The notes under the pieces were generated by a model. The model saw only the letters and a program-made list of their open reading frames with translations. It made no database searches and had not been told where the DNA came from. A stretch of 64,000 bases of DNA from an uncultured cyanobacterium (GTDB lineage Bacteria > Cyanobacteriota > Cyanobacteriia > Pseudanabaenales > Pseudanabaenaceae), in NCBI GenBank assembly GCA_963703315.1, contig OY969811.1, positions 3,584,001-3,648,000 on the forward strand, in the 5' to 3' direction. The translations under genes were made by a program, and so were the position numbers. Shown one piece after another: positions 39,178 to 48,176 of the stretch (position 1 is the first letter of the stretch; each line of letters begins with the position of its first letter).

Positions 39178-39774
39178 CTAAAAGCCATAGGCAATTTTTT
39201 TCGCTTGATCGAAATAAATCTTTTTACTGTCAAGAAGGTTCTGATAAACTTCATTTATTACAGGAGTTAATTCTTTTAAACCTAACTGTGCTTTGATATA
39301 GTTTTTTAATGTAGATTCAGATTTAGGTCTACATTTTTTATCAATTAATGTGAGTTTTTGAATTATTATTTGGCATATTTCTTCTAAGGACATCTTATTA
39401 TTCCATAATAAATTGGTAATTAAAGAAATGTCTTCTTTTCGACTGCAAAATACTTTTTGATTTTTTAAATAAATAATTAATGGGTCAAATCCCGTATCCT
39501 TAGAAATGATGTGAAAGAATCCTTCTGGTTCTTTTTGAACTAATTTACCTAAAACAAAGGTAATGTGAAAGTCAAGAGCATTTTTCCCACTTCCGTTAAT
39601 TTGAATCCATTCAACTTGATTACCTAGTTCTTGTGATTTTAAAACTAAATCAATAGGAACTTTTGTTTGATTCGTACCAATAAATATTTTGATAAAGAAA
39701 GTTTTCTCTTTAAGACAAGTTAGATCTATGTTTTGGACATTTTCATAGTCTACTAAGATGTAATTGTTTTTCAT
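39178..39774 (-). CDS. PIN/NYN-like domain protein
   Basis: ILVDYENVQ, GKNALDFHI, IISKDTGFDPL; AT-rich. Confidence 0.8.
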   Translation of the reverse strand: MKNNYILVDYENVQNIDLTCLKEKTFFIKIFIGTNQTKVPIDLVLKSQELGNQVEWIQINGSGKNALDFHITFVLGKLVQKEPEGFFHIISKDTGFDPLIIYLKNQKVFCSRKEDISLITNLLWNNKMSLEEICQIIIQKLTLIDKKCRPKSESTLKNYIKAQLGLKELTPVINEVYQNLLDSKKIYFDQAKKIAYGF

Positions 39775-40029
39775 TGAAAATTAGATATAGGATTGATTGT
39801 GATTTTAAAACGAATATTTAGCTTAACAGATAAATGATCGCTATTGTGATGAATAAATAGCTCAAAGTGCTGTTTTTTTATCATGAATCGTAAATTAAGT
39901 TGAATTATCGGTATATTTGGTGATCGCAAGGCTTAAGATCTTATACATATAAACATTGATATAGCAAGTTTGAGCTTACCTATCGCAAGTTCAAATTTGA
40001 TGTAGCTTTTCAGGAATGGAGAAAAGATC

Positions 40030-41394
40030 ATGGCGATCGCATCAATAAATCCTGTAACGGGCGAAGTGTTAAAGACTTTCGAGCCTTTGACGGATCAGGA
40101 ACTTGAACAAAAGCTGGCACTTGCCGATCGCACTTTTGCGACTTATAAACATACTAGTTTTAGCGATCGCACTCAGTGGCTCAACCAAACTGCCCAAATC
40201 CTTGAGGCAAGAAAAACGGAATTGGGGATCATCATGACCCTCGAAATGGGGAAGACCCTAAAAAGCGCGATCGCCGAAGTGGAGAAATGTGCTAATCTCT
40301 GTCGTTTTTATGCAGAACAAGCCCCCAAGTTTTTAGCTGATACTCCCGCCCAAACTGATGCTAGTCGGACAATCATTCGCTATCAACCGTTAGGAATTAT
40401 TCTGGCAGTGATGCCTTGGAACTTTCCCTTTTGGCAAGTATTCCGTTTTGCCGTGCCTGCGCTGATGGCGGGGAATGTGGGACTACTCAAACACGCCTCG
40501 AATGTGCCGCAATGTGCCTTAGCGATCGCGGAAATCTTTCATGCAGCAGGTGTGCCTGAAGGAGCTTTTCAAACTTTGCTGATTGGGGCGGATCGCGTGG
40601 CAAATTTGGTTGCTGATAGTCGGATTAAAGCCGCTACTTTAACAGGCAGTGAACCTGCTGGGCAGAGTCTGGCAGCGATCGCAGGGCATCATCTCAAAAA
40701 AGTGGTGCTAGAACTAGGGGGCAGCGATCCGTTTATTGTTCTTAAAAGTGCAGATTTAGAATTAGCTGTCAGCACAGCCGTTACGGCGCGAGTAATGAAC
40801 AATGGACAGACCTGCATTGCGGCGAAACGTTTCATTCTTGAAGAGGCGATCGCCGATCAATTCATTGCCAAATTTGTAGAGAAGTTTAAAGCTCTAAAAG
40901 TTGGTGATCCGATGCAGCCTGAAACCGATGTCGGACCTCTTGCTACACCACAGATTTTAAATGAATTGGAGTTGCAAGTAAAAACTACGGTGGACTTAGG
41001 CGCAAAAGTACTAGTTGGTGGTTATCGCCTCAAGGACAAGGGTAATTTCTATGCGCCGACAATCTTGGCAGAAATTCCCTTTGGTGCGCCCCCCTACCAT
41101 GAGGAATTTTTTGGTCCTGTTGCGTCCATATTTCGAGTGAAGAATTTGCACGAGGCGATCGCCCTTGCTAATAGTACTAGTTTTGGCTTGGGTGCTAGCT
41201 TTTGGAGTAATGACCACCAAGAAATAGAAGAGGCGATCGAACAAATCGAAGCGGGGGCAGTCTTTGTGAATGGTATGGTCAAATCCGATCCCCGTGTTCC
41301 TTTTGGGGGCATCAAGCGATCGGGCTTTGGGCGGGAGCTAGGCATCGAAGGTATTCGCGAATTTGTGAATATCAAAACTATTTGGATCAAGTAA
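40030..41394 (+). CDS. gabD: NAD(P)-dependent succinate-semialdehyde dehydrogenase
   Basis: [30 protein letters not shown]. Confidence 0.88.
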   Translation: MAIASINPVTGEVLKTFEPLTDQELEQKLALADRTFATYKHTSFSDRTQWLNQTAQILEARKTELGIIMTLEMGKTLKSAIAEVEKCANLCRFYAEQAPKFLADTPAQTDASRTIIRYQPLGIILAVMPWNFPFWQVFRFAVPALMAGNVGLLKHASNVPQCALAIAEIFHAAGVPEGAFQTLLIGADRVANLVADSRIKAATLTGSEPAGQSLAAIAGHHLKKVVLELGGSDPFIVLKSADLELAVSTAVTARVMNNGQTCIAAKRFILEEAIADQFIAKFVEKFKALKVGDPMQPETDVGPLATPQILNELELQVKTTVDLGAKVLVGGYRLKDKGNFYAPTILAEIPFGAPPYHEEFFGPVASIFRVKNLHEAIALANSTSFGLGASFWSNDHQEIEEAIEQIEAGAVFVNGMVKSDPRVPFGGIKRSGFGRELGIEGIREFVNIKTIWIK

Positions 41395-41452
41395 AACCTA
41401 TTCAGATTCCCACTCTTTGTGTGCGAGTCTAAACTTAATTTTTGAGGAACCT

Positions 41453-43093
41453 ATGAATACCGCAGAACTATTGGTTAAGTGTTTAGAAAATGAAGGGGTG
41501 GAATATATCTTCGGACTTCCGGGGGAAGAGAATATGGCAGTTCTCAATGCCCTTGAGAACTCATCGATTAAATTTATTACCACTCGTCATGAACAGGGTG
41601 CTGCATTTATGGCAGATGTTTATGGGCGACTGACTGGTAAACCGGGGGTATGTCTCTCGACTTTAGGACCTGGAGCCACTAATTTAATGACGGGAGTTGC
41701 TGATGCCAATCTGGACTGTGCGCCACTGATCGCGATCACAGGACAGGTGGGAACGGATCGAATGCACATTAACTCCCATCAATATCTCGATCTGGTGGCA
41801 ATGTTTGAGCCAGTAACCAAATGGAATGCCCAGATTGTGCGCCCTAGCATCACTCCTGAAATTGTCCGTAAAGCCTTTAAACTCGCGAAATCGGAGAAAC
41901 CGGGAGCAGTCCATATTGACTTGCCTGAAAATATTGCTGATATGGAAGTTACGGAGCAACCCCTTGTGATTAAAGGCGATCGCCATCCCATGTTTGCTTC
42001 CTATCGCAGTCTCTCAGAAGCTGCACTTCTGCTGGCTCAAGCAAAAAATCCTCTAGTGTTAGTCGGTAATGGCGCAATTCGTTCCAATGCTAGTCAAGCT
42101 TTGACGGACTTTGCGACCCGTTTAAATATTCCTGTGGCGAATACCTTTATGGGCAAAGGTGTCATTCCCTATCGTCATCCTCTAGCGCTGTGGTCATTGG
42201 GACTGCAACAAAGAGATGTGATTAATTGCGCCTTTGATGAAACGGATTTGGTGATTGCGGTTGGTTATGACCTGATTGAATATTCACCCAAGAAATGGAA
42301 TCCTACTGGCTCGATTCCGATTATTCACATTGGTGAGTTGTCGGCGGAAGTAAACAGCAGCTATATGCCACAAGTGGAAATACTCGGTGATATTTCTGAC
42401 TCACTGATTGAACTCATGCATCGTTGCGATCGCTCAGGTATTCCTGAACCTCACGCCATCAGCTTACGTCCGCAAATTCTGGCTACCTATGAGCAGTATG
42501 CCCATGATCAAGGCTTTCCCATTAAGCCTCAAAAGATTGTGTATGATCTGCGTCAAGTCATGGGAGCCGAAGATATTGTCATCTCAGATGTGGGCGCACA
42601 TAAAATGTGGATGGCGCGGCATTATCATTGCGATCGCCCCAATACTTGCATTATTTCCAATGGTTTTGCGGCAATGGGGATCGCTATTCCGGGGGCGATC
42701 GCAGCAAAACTAGTTAATCCTGAACGCAGGATTGTTGCCGTTACTGGTGATGGCGGATTCATGATGAATATGCAGGAACTAGAAACAGCTACTCGCATTG
42801 GTACAAATTTTGTAACGCTGATCTTCAATGATGGCGGTTATGGACTAATTGAATGGAAGCAGCAAATCCATTACGGTAAATCTGCATTTATTAAATTCGG
42901 GAACCCCAACTTTGTGAAACTTGCTGAAAGTATGGGACTTAAGGGATATCGAGTGACTTCCGCAAGTGATTTAATTCCCACGCTCAAAGAAGCTTTCGAG
43001 CAGAATGTGCCGACAGTCATCGATTGTCCCGTTGATTATCGAGAGAATATGCTCTTCTCTCGTAAGGTTGGCGAACTATCTTGTCCTCTTTAA
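41453..43093 (+). CDS. 2-oxoglutarate decarboxylase (acetolactate synthase-like TPP enzyme)
   Basis: FGLPGEEN, TRHEQGAAFMA, GDGGFMMN; directly downstream of SSADH as in the cyanobacterial TCA shunt operon. Confidence 0.8.
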   Translation: MNTAELLVKCLENEGVEYIFGLPGEENMAVLNALENSSIKFITTRHEQGAAFMADVYGRLTGKPGVCLSTLGPGATNLMTGVADANLDCAPLIAITGQVGTDRMHINSHQYLDLVAMFEPVTKWNAQIVRPSITPEIVRKAFKLAKSEKPGAVHIDLPENIADMEVTEQPLVIKGDRHPMFASYRSLSEAALLLAQAKNPLVLVGNGAIRSNASQALTDFATRLNIPVANTFMGKGVIPYRHPLALWSLGLQQRDVINCAFDETDLVIAVGYDLIEYSPKKWNPTGSIPIIHIGELSAEVNSSYMPQVEILGDISDSLIELMHRCDRSGIPEPHAISLRPQILATYEQYAHDQGFPIKPQKIVYDLRQVMGAEDIVISDVGAHKMWMARHYHCDRPNTCIISNGFAAMGIAIPGAIAAKLVNPERRIVAVTGDGGFMMNMQELETATRIGTNFVTLIFNDGGYGLIEWKQQIHYGKSAFIKFGNPNFVKLAESMGLKGYRVTSASDLIPTLKEAFEQNVPTVIDCPVDYRENMLFSRKVGELSCPL

Positions 43094-43096
43094 TAC

Positions 43097-43252
43097 TATA
43101 GCTGTAGTCAGCTATGTTAGTACAAAACCAAAACCCAAAAGAGAGGTGCGGCGCGAAGCGCCGCACCTCTCTTTTGGGTTTTACGTCAGTTAGGACTTAC
43201 GCAAAAGAACAAAATGTAGGGACAATTCATGAATTGCCCCTACATTTTGTTC
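43097..43252. mobile_element. Composite of a TATAGC-family MITE and a TAGGACTTACGCA/GTAG-REP element
   Basis: Hairpin AAACCCAAAAGAGAGGTGCGGCGC-GAA-GCGCCGCACCTCTCTTTTGGGTTT, then TAGGACTTACGCA and the REP at 43207-43252. Confidence 0.7.
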
Positions 43253-43313
43253 CCTAAAATCGTGCCTACGGTAGAATAAGAGAATTAATAGTGAGGCTAG
43301 TAGTAACACATTT

Positions 43314-45038
43314 ATGGAAGCGATCGCTATTTTAGATAAGGTTTCTTATATCTATCCCAACTCTAAGGAAACAGTACTAAAAGATATCTCTCTAACAATT
43401 AACAAAGGAGAATTTTTAGGTGTAATTGGTGCAACAGGGGCAGGAAAAACTACGCTATGCTTGGCGCTTACAGGAATTGTTCCGCAGTTTTATGGAGGAC
43501 GCTTTTTTGGCAAAATTGCGATCGCAGGATTAGATAGTCTGGAGCATCCTGTAAGCGAACTAGCGCGTTATGTAGGTATCGTCTTTGAAGATCCTGAAGT
43601 CCAGATTACCGCTACATCCGTCGAAAATGAGATCGCCTTTGCCCTCGAAAATCTTTGTGTACCGCGTGAAGAAATCTTGCGCCGCATTCCCATTGTTTTA
43701 AAATCAGTAAGACTAGAGGGATTTGAGAAGAAAAATCCTCAAGAACTTTCGGGTGGTCAAAAACAACGCTTAGCGATCGCCGCCGCATTAGCACTACAAC
43801 CCGATTTACTAATTCTCGATGAACCGACTTCGCAACTTGATCCCATTGGTTCCCAAGAAGTCTTTGCTACAGTCAGAGAGTTAAAAGAAGAACTTGGGGT
43901 CGCAATTGTGATGATTTCCCATGCGGCAGAAGAGATGGCAGAATTTTGCGATCGCATTGCTCTGCTATCAGAAGGAAAATTAGTTGCTATTGGGACACCT
44001 GCGGAAATCTATGCACAGGTAGATTTGCTGCAACAAAACAAACTACGTCCTCCTGAAGTTGCCCAAGCTTTCCATCAAATCCAGCAAAAGGGAATTAATC
44101 TTCAGCAGATTCCTGTTACTTTAAACTCTGGAATTGAAGCTGTAGAAATACTGCGATCGCAAAGTCAACTCCTTGCTCCACCAATCTTTCCATTATCTAA
44201 TGTAAACTCTCATCAGCCTGTCGTTCTCTCTGTTAAAAATCTCAAACATACCTATGATGATGGTACGGAAGCACTAAAAAATATATCTCTAGATATCCAT
44301 GAAGGTGAATATGTGCTAATCGTTGGACAGAATGGTGCAGGTAAAAGTACGCTAGTTAAGCATTTTCTGAATTTATTGAAACCAACAGAGGGCAAAGTAT
44401 TAGTACGCGATCGCGATACTCGTCAACTATCTGTCAGTGAACTTGCTCAATCTATCGGTTATCTTGCTCAAAATCCTGACAACCAGATTTTTAATACTTC
44501 TGTGGAAAAGGAAGTCGCATTTGCGTTACCTTTCCTTGGCTATCCTCCTAATCAGGTGAAACAAGAAACAGAGCGTAGTCTTAAAGCTATGAATTTATGG
44601 GAACTGCGTCAATCCCATCCGTTATCTTTACCAAAAGGAGAACGAGGACGGATTGTGATTGCAGCGCTATTAGCAATGAATCCTGATATCATCATTTTCG
44701 ATGAACCGACTACAGGACAAGACTATCAAGGTGCTAATTCCATTTTAGAAATGAGTCGGCAATTGCATCAAATGGGTAAAACGGTGATTGTGATTACCCA
44801 CCATTTATATCTAATGCCCGACTATGCCGATCGCGCGATCGTGATGGGAAAAGGAACAATTTTATTAGACACATCGTTGCGCCAAGCCTATCATCAAACT
44901 GATTTACTAGAATCCTCTTATCTCACTCCACCACAATCAGTAATCCTATCGCAACAGCTTAGTAAAATAGGCGATCGCAACTATCCTCTAATTACCCCCA
45001 CAGAATTTGCTAATTGTTTTATTCCATCAGAAACCTAA
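43314..45038 (+). CDS. ECF transporter ATPase (fused A-A')
   Basis: Two Walker A motifs (GATGAGKT, GQNGAGKS), LSGGQKQR, DEPTTGQD. Confidence 0.88.
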   Translation: MEAIAILDKVSYIYPNSKETVLKDISLTINKGEFLGVIGATGAGKTTLCLALTGIVPQFYGGRFFGKIAIAGLDSLEHPVSELARYVGIVFEDPEVQITATSVENEIAFALENLCVPREEILRRIPIVLKSVRLEGFEKKNPQELSGGQKQRLAIAAALALQPDLLILDEPTSQLDPIGSQEVFATVRELKEELGVAIVMISHAAEEMAEFCDRIALLSEGKLVAIGTPAEIYAQVDLLQQNKLRPPEVAQAFHQIQQKGINLQQIPVTLNSGIEAVEILRSQSQLLAPPIFPLSNVNSHQPVVLSVKNLKHTYDDGTEALKNISLDIHEGEYVLIVGQNGAGKSTLVKHFLNLLKPTEGKVLVRDRDTRQLSVSELAQSIGYLAQNPDNQIFNTSVEKEVAFALPFLGYPPNQVKQETERSLKAMNLWELRQSHPLSLPKGERGRIVIAALLAMNPDIIIFDEPTTGQDYQGANSILEMSRQLHQMGKTVIVITHHLYLMPDYADRAIVMGKGTILLDTSLRQAYHQTDLLESSYLTPPQSVILSQQLSKIGDRNYPLITPTEFANCFIPSET

Positions 45039-45090
45039 ATAAAAAGGATGGATAAACTCTCCCTTCCCAAAACCTTATGATATCGGCAAT

Positions 45091-45939
45091 ATGAAATTAC
45101 AAACGGTTAAGTATGATTCTTTATTCACGCGCTTAGATTTTCGCTCTAAGTTGGTGGTGATGATCTCGGTGACAATTTTAGCTTTTCTATGGGAAAGCCC
45201 GATCGCGGGTGGGCTTTTGATGCTGAGCGTGATTTTTGCCTGTGTAATCGCTGGAGTCAGGCTTAACTATTTAGGAACAATTTTAAAGGTGATGATTCCT
45301 TTTTATATCTTTCTGATTTTGAGTATGGGATTCTTTAATGTGGAACAGGTTAAGTTACTGACACATAAATTAGAGCTAACTCCTCTTTTAAGCTTGCCGC
45401 AGACATGGTGGTTAATTGGTGGCGCGAAGATGAGTTGGGAAGGAACTCTTTATGGTTTGAATATTGTCTTTAAGACGTTGACGATGATTTTAGTTATTCC
45501 CTTAGCGATTTTTACAACTGATGTTAATCAGATGACAGTGGGAATGGTACGTGCCAAAATTCCTTATAAAATTGTGTTTATCTTTTCCTCAACTTTGCGA
45601 TTTGTCCCATTGCTATTAGAAGAAGTGCAATCAATTATTGAGTCACAGAGTTTGCGGGGTCTAAATTTTGAAAAGATGGGATGGCTCAACAAGGCAAAAG
45701 TTTACGCTAAGGTTGCCGTACCTTTAATTCTAAATTCGCTCTCAAAATCTCAGAAGTTAGAGATTGTTTTGCAATCCAAGGCATTTTCAGGAAGTTCTCA
45801 GCGTACATATCTGCATGAGTCGGCATTAACTCCGCCTGATTATATTTTGATGATTGGCTCTGCTTTGCTGTTGTTGATGGCGATCGCCTTATATTTTGGT
45901 CTTGGAATTGGAAAATTTGCGTGGTTACTTTTCTCATAG
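45091..45939 (+). CDS. ECF transporter transmembrane T component
   Basis: LDFRSKL N-terminus, LRFVPLL...QSLRG coupling motif. Confidence 0.85.
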   Translation: MKLQTVKYDSLFTRLDFRSKLVVMISVTILAFLWESPIAGGLLMLSVIFACVIAGVRLNYLGTILKVMIPFYIFLILSMGFFNVEQVKLLTHKLELTPLLSLPQTWWLIGGAKMSWEGTLYGLNIVFKTLTMILVIPLAIFTTDVNQMTVGMVRAKIPYKIVFIFSSTLRFVPLLLEEVQSIIESQSLRGLNFEKMGWLNKAKVYAKVAVPLILNSLSKSQKLEIVLQSKAFSGSSQRTYLHESALTPPDYILMIGSALLLLMAIALYFGLGIGKFAWLLFS

Positions 45940-46186
45940 CGTGAGAAACGATACGCACAGATAAATTTTGGAAAGCGTGGCAAAGCCGCGCTTTCCAAAA
46001 TTTCTTTGAGTTTCAAGTCAGTGCAAAGCACTGTATGCTGATATCCAAATCCAAATCTAGATTTATTTCGTACAATTAGTTAGGGCTTATAGGATCTAAT
46101 ACCTTGTAAAAAAGATGGATGACTTAAGCCTTGGTATAAGTAGGAAATTTTGTAGCTTCTAAATACGGATAAACAAGGAAGAAATA

Positions 46187-46828
46187 ATGATTGAGTTTGT
46201 AAGAAAATATCAAAAGCTGCTGTTTGGCGTAGTCCTCAGTATTGCTACCTGCTTGTTTGCTATTAGCACGGCTGCTCCCTCTCAATCGATGAATCCTATA
46301 GATTCGCAGTCCTTGTCAACTCAAATGAGTTTGATCAACTATCAACAGCAAGCCGAATCAGAGTTGATTTCTCAAAATGGCACTCTGATCAGCCAAGGTC
46401 TAGCCCCAAACCTGAAAAGATTTGCGGCTATTTTGTCAGGCGATAATATTTACCCTAAGCCTGTAGAAACAATGGCGTGGGGTGTAGTTGGTGCAGCTTT
46501 GAATGGCAATCGCTTGATCGTGCGCGGAGGTTTTCGTGGTTTGAGTACCACTCTGCGTGACTATGCTACTGATCCGCTGGTTCCACCAAATCCCAACATT
46601 ACCTCAGGAATTCATATCCATCGTGGTACAGCTAATCAGAATGGTCCTTTTCAGTATGCGTTGGAAGTGCTACCTAATACAGATGGTTTAAGTGGCAATG
46701 TTAGAGGTGAATATACCTTGACTGACGAGCAACTTCAGGCACTAAATACTGGTGGTCTTTATGTTGATCTGCATACCAAAGGTTTTCGTGCTGGTGAACT
46801 ACGTGGCATTTTAAAAGCTCAAGTTTAA
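46187..46828 (+). CDS. Secreted CHRD-domain protein
   Basis: Signal peptide; GIHIHRG...NGP, GLYVDLHT, GELRG motifs. Confidence 0.8.
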   Translation: MIEFVRKYQKLLFGVVLSIATCLFAISTAAPSQSMNPIDSQSLSTQMSLINYQQQAESELISQNGTLISQGLAPNLKRFAAILSGDNIYPKPVETMAWGVVGAALNGNRLIVRGGFRGLSTTLRDYATDPLVPPNPNITSGIHIHRGTANQNGPFQYALEVLPNTDGLSGNVRGEYTLTDEQLQALNTGGLYVDLHTKGFRAGELRGILKAQV

Positions 46829-46898
46829 AAGCTTAATGCGATCGCCCTATTAGATAAAAAAGAGACGATACTTAGTATCGTCTCTTTTTTATATCCTC

Positions 46899-47333
46899 TT
46901 AGTCATTTGAGTATTCGAGAGTCCAATCTTCGGTTGTCAAATTTGGTACTTTACCAAAATCTTTTTGATTACGAGTAACGACTATGCCATTTACAGATAA
47001 TGCGATCGCGGCTATTCGTAAATCTTGACTTCCAATTCTGATCTTTTGGCGTAACAAATTCATGTAACAAGAGTAGGCAGCTTGATCGAAATCAAGCAAA
47101 TTTAAGCTTTTATAATCTTCAATTGTTTCTCTTAAAGCATGATAAGCATTTACCAAAAACTCTTGAGATTTTGCTTGCTTAACTTGATTTAAACGTCCTC
47201 GCATCTGTTCTTCAAAAGTGATAATAGTTACGAATATCTCATTAGGATCTATTGATATTAATCTCTGTCTAACATTTGGATGGTTGCGTTGTAATAAAGA
47301 AATATGATCTGTATCAAGAATCCACAGACTCAT
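46899..47333 (-). CDS. VapC/PIN-domain toxin
   Basis: WILDTDHIS, ITFEE, QDLRIAAIAL, VTRNQKDF. Confidence 0.88.
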   Translation of the reverse strand: MSLWILDTDHISLLQRNHPNVRQRLISIDPNEIFVTIITFEEQMRGRLNQVKQAKSQEFLVNAYHALRETIEDYKSLNLLDFDQAAYSCYMNLLRQKIRIGSQDLRIAAIALSVNGIVVTRNQKDFGKVPNLTTEDWTLEYSND

Positions 47334-47764
47334 AAAGCTGCAACCTCAGCAACAATATTCTTGGAATCAACATTATTTTCAGCAATTTCCATCTGACGAT
47401 AGTATTCATCTAATTCAGCATCTTGTTCGCAGCGATACTCGGAGATATTTTCTAACATTTGATCAAAGTAAGGATCATTTTCATATTTACCAGCCATTTT
47501 TAGCCAAGGATTTTCTTGCTTAAGCTCAACCGAAGGTGACGAATGTAGGTCAATACTTTCTACTTCAGATGATTTTTTTGTACCATTTGTATTCAAGGCA
47601 CTAAAAAATTTGCTTAATCGAGCATCTACGACATTAGCAATCACTTCCACAAGTTCATCAACTGTCAAACTACTAACTAATTGCGGAGCATCACTAGTAG
47701 CTAAAGCTTCTGCCGCCGCATTCACATTCGCATTAACTAATTGGGTAGTCATTTTTGTCTCCAT
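47330..47764 (-). CDS. Putative antitoxin of the VapC toxin
   Basis: ATGA overlap with vapC; ENPWLKMAGKYENDPYFD motif typical of such partners. Confidence 0.7.
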   Translation of the reverse strand: METKMTTQLVNANVNAAAEALATSDAPQLVSSLTVDELVEVIANVVDARLSKFFSALNTNGTKKSSEVESIDLHSSPSVELKQENPWLKMAGKYENDPYFDQMLENISEYRCEQDAELDEYYRQMEIAENNVDSKNIVAEVAAL

Positions 47765-47809
47765 ATATAATGCAGATTTTATAGCTTCAATAAGCGTCGC
47801 GTATCTCCA

Positions 47810-47869
47810 TACTACAACCAGTCATCATCGTCATCGTACGAGACTCTGGTGTTGGGGCGGCGGCGATCG
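47810..47869. repeat. 60-bp direct-repeat copy of the dnaK 3' end (att-like)
   Basis: 59/60 identical to 52605-52664. Confidence 0.95.
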
Positions 47870-48176
47870 AAGTAAGAGGCATTTTCATGTTTCCTAGCCA
47901 TTTTTAGCCAAGGATTTTCTTTATTTATAACGAGAACCTACCATTTCAGACTTTAGTAAAAAGAAAATATTAGGAATTTTATTCGGTTGTTACATATTAA
48001 CACTGCAAAAACGACTATTTTAGCGTTTTATCCCTAAGTATAATTACTTATTGCAAAACTGAGGTATACCTCACTAACAATTATCCTAAAATTTTTTAAG
48101 GGATAATTGTTATGCAGGCGAAAATTACCTCTTGGTTTATTTTTAGAAATCTATCTAATTGGTTGCAATTTATTGT

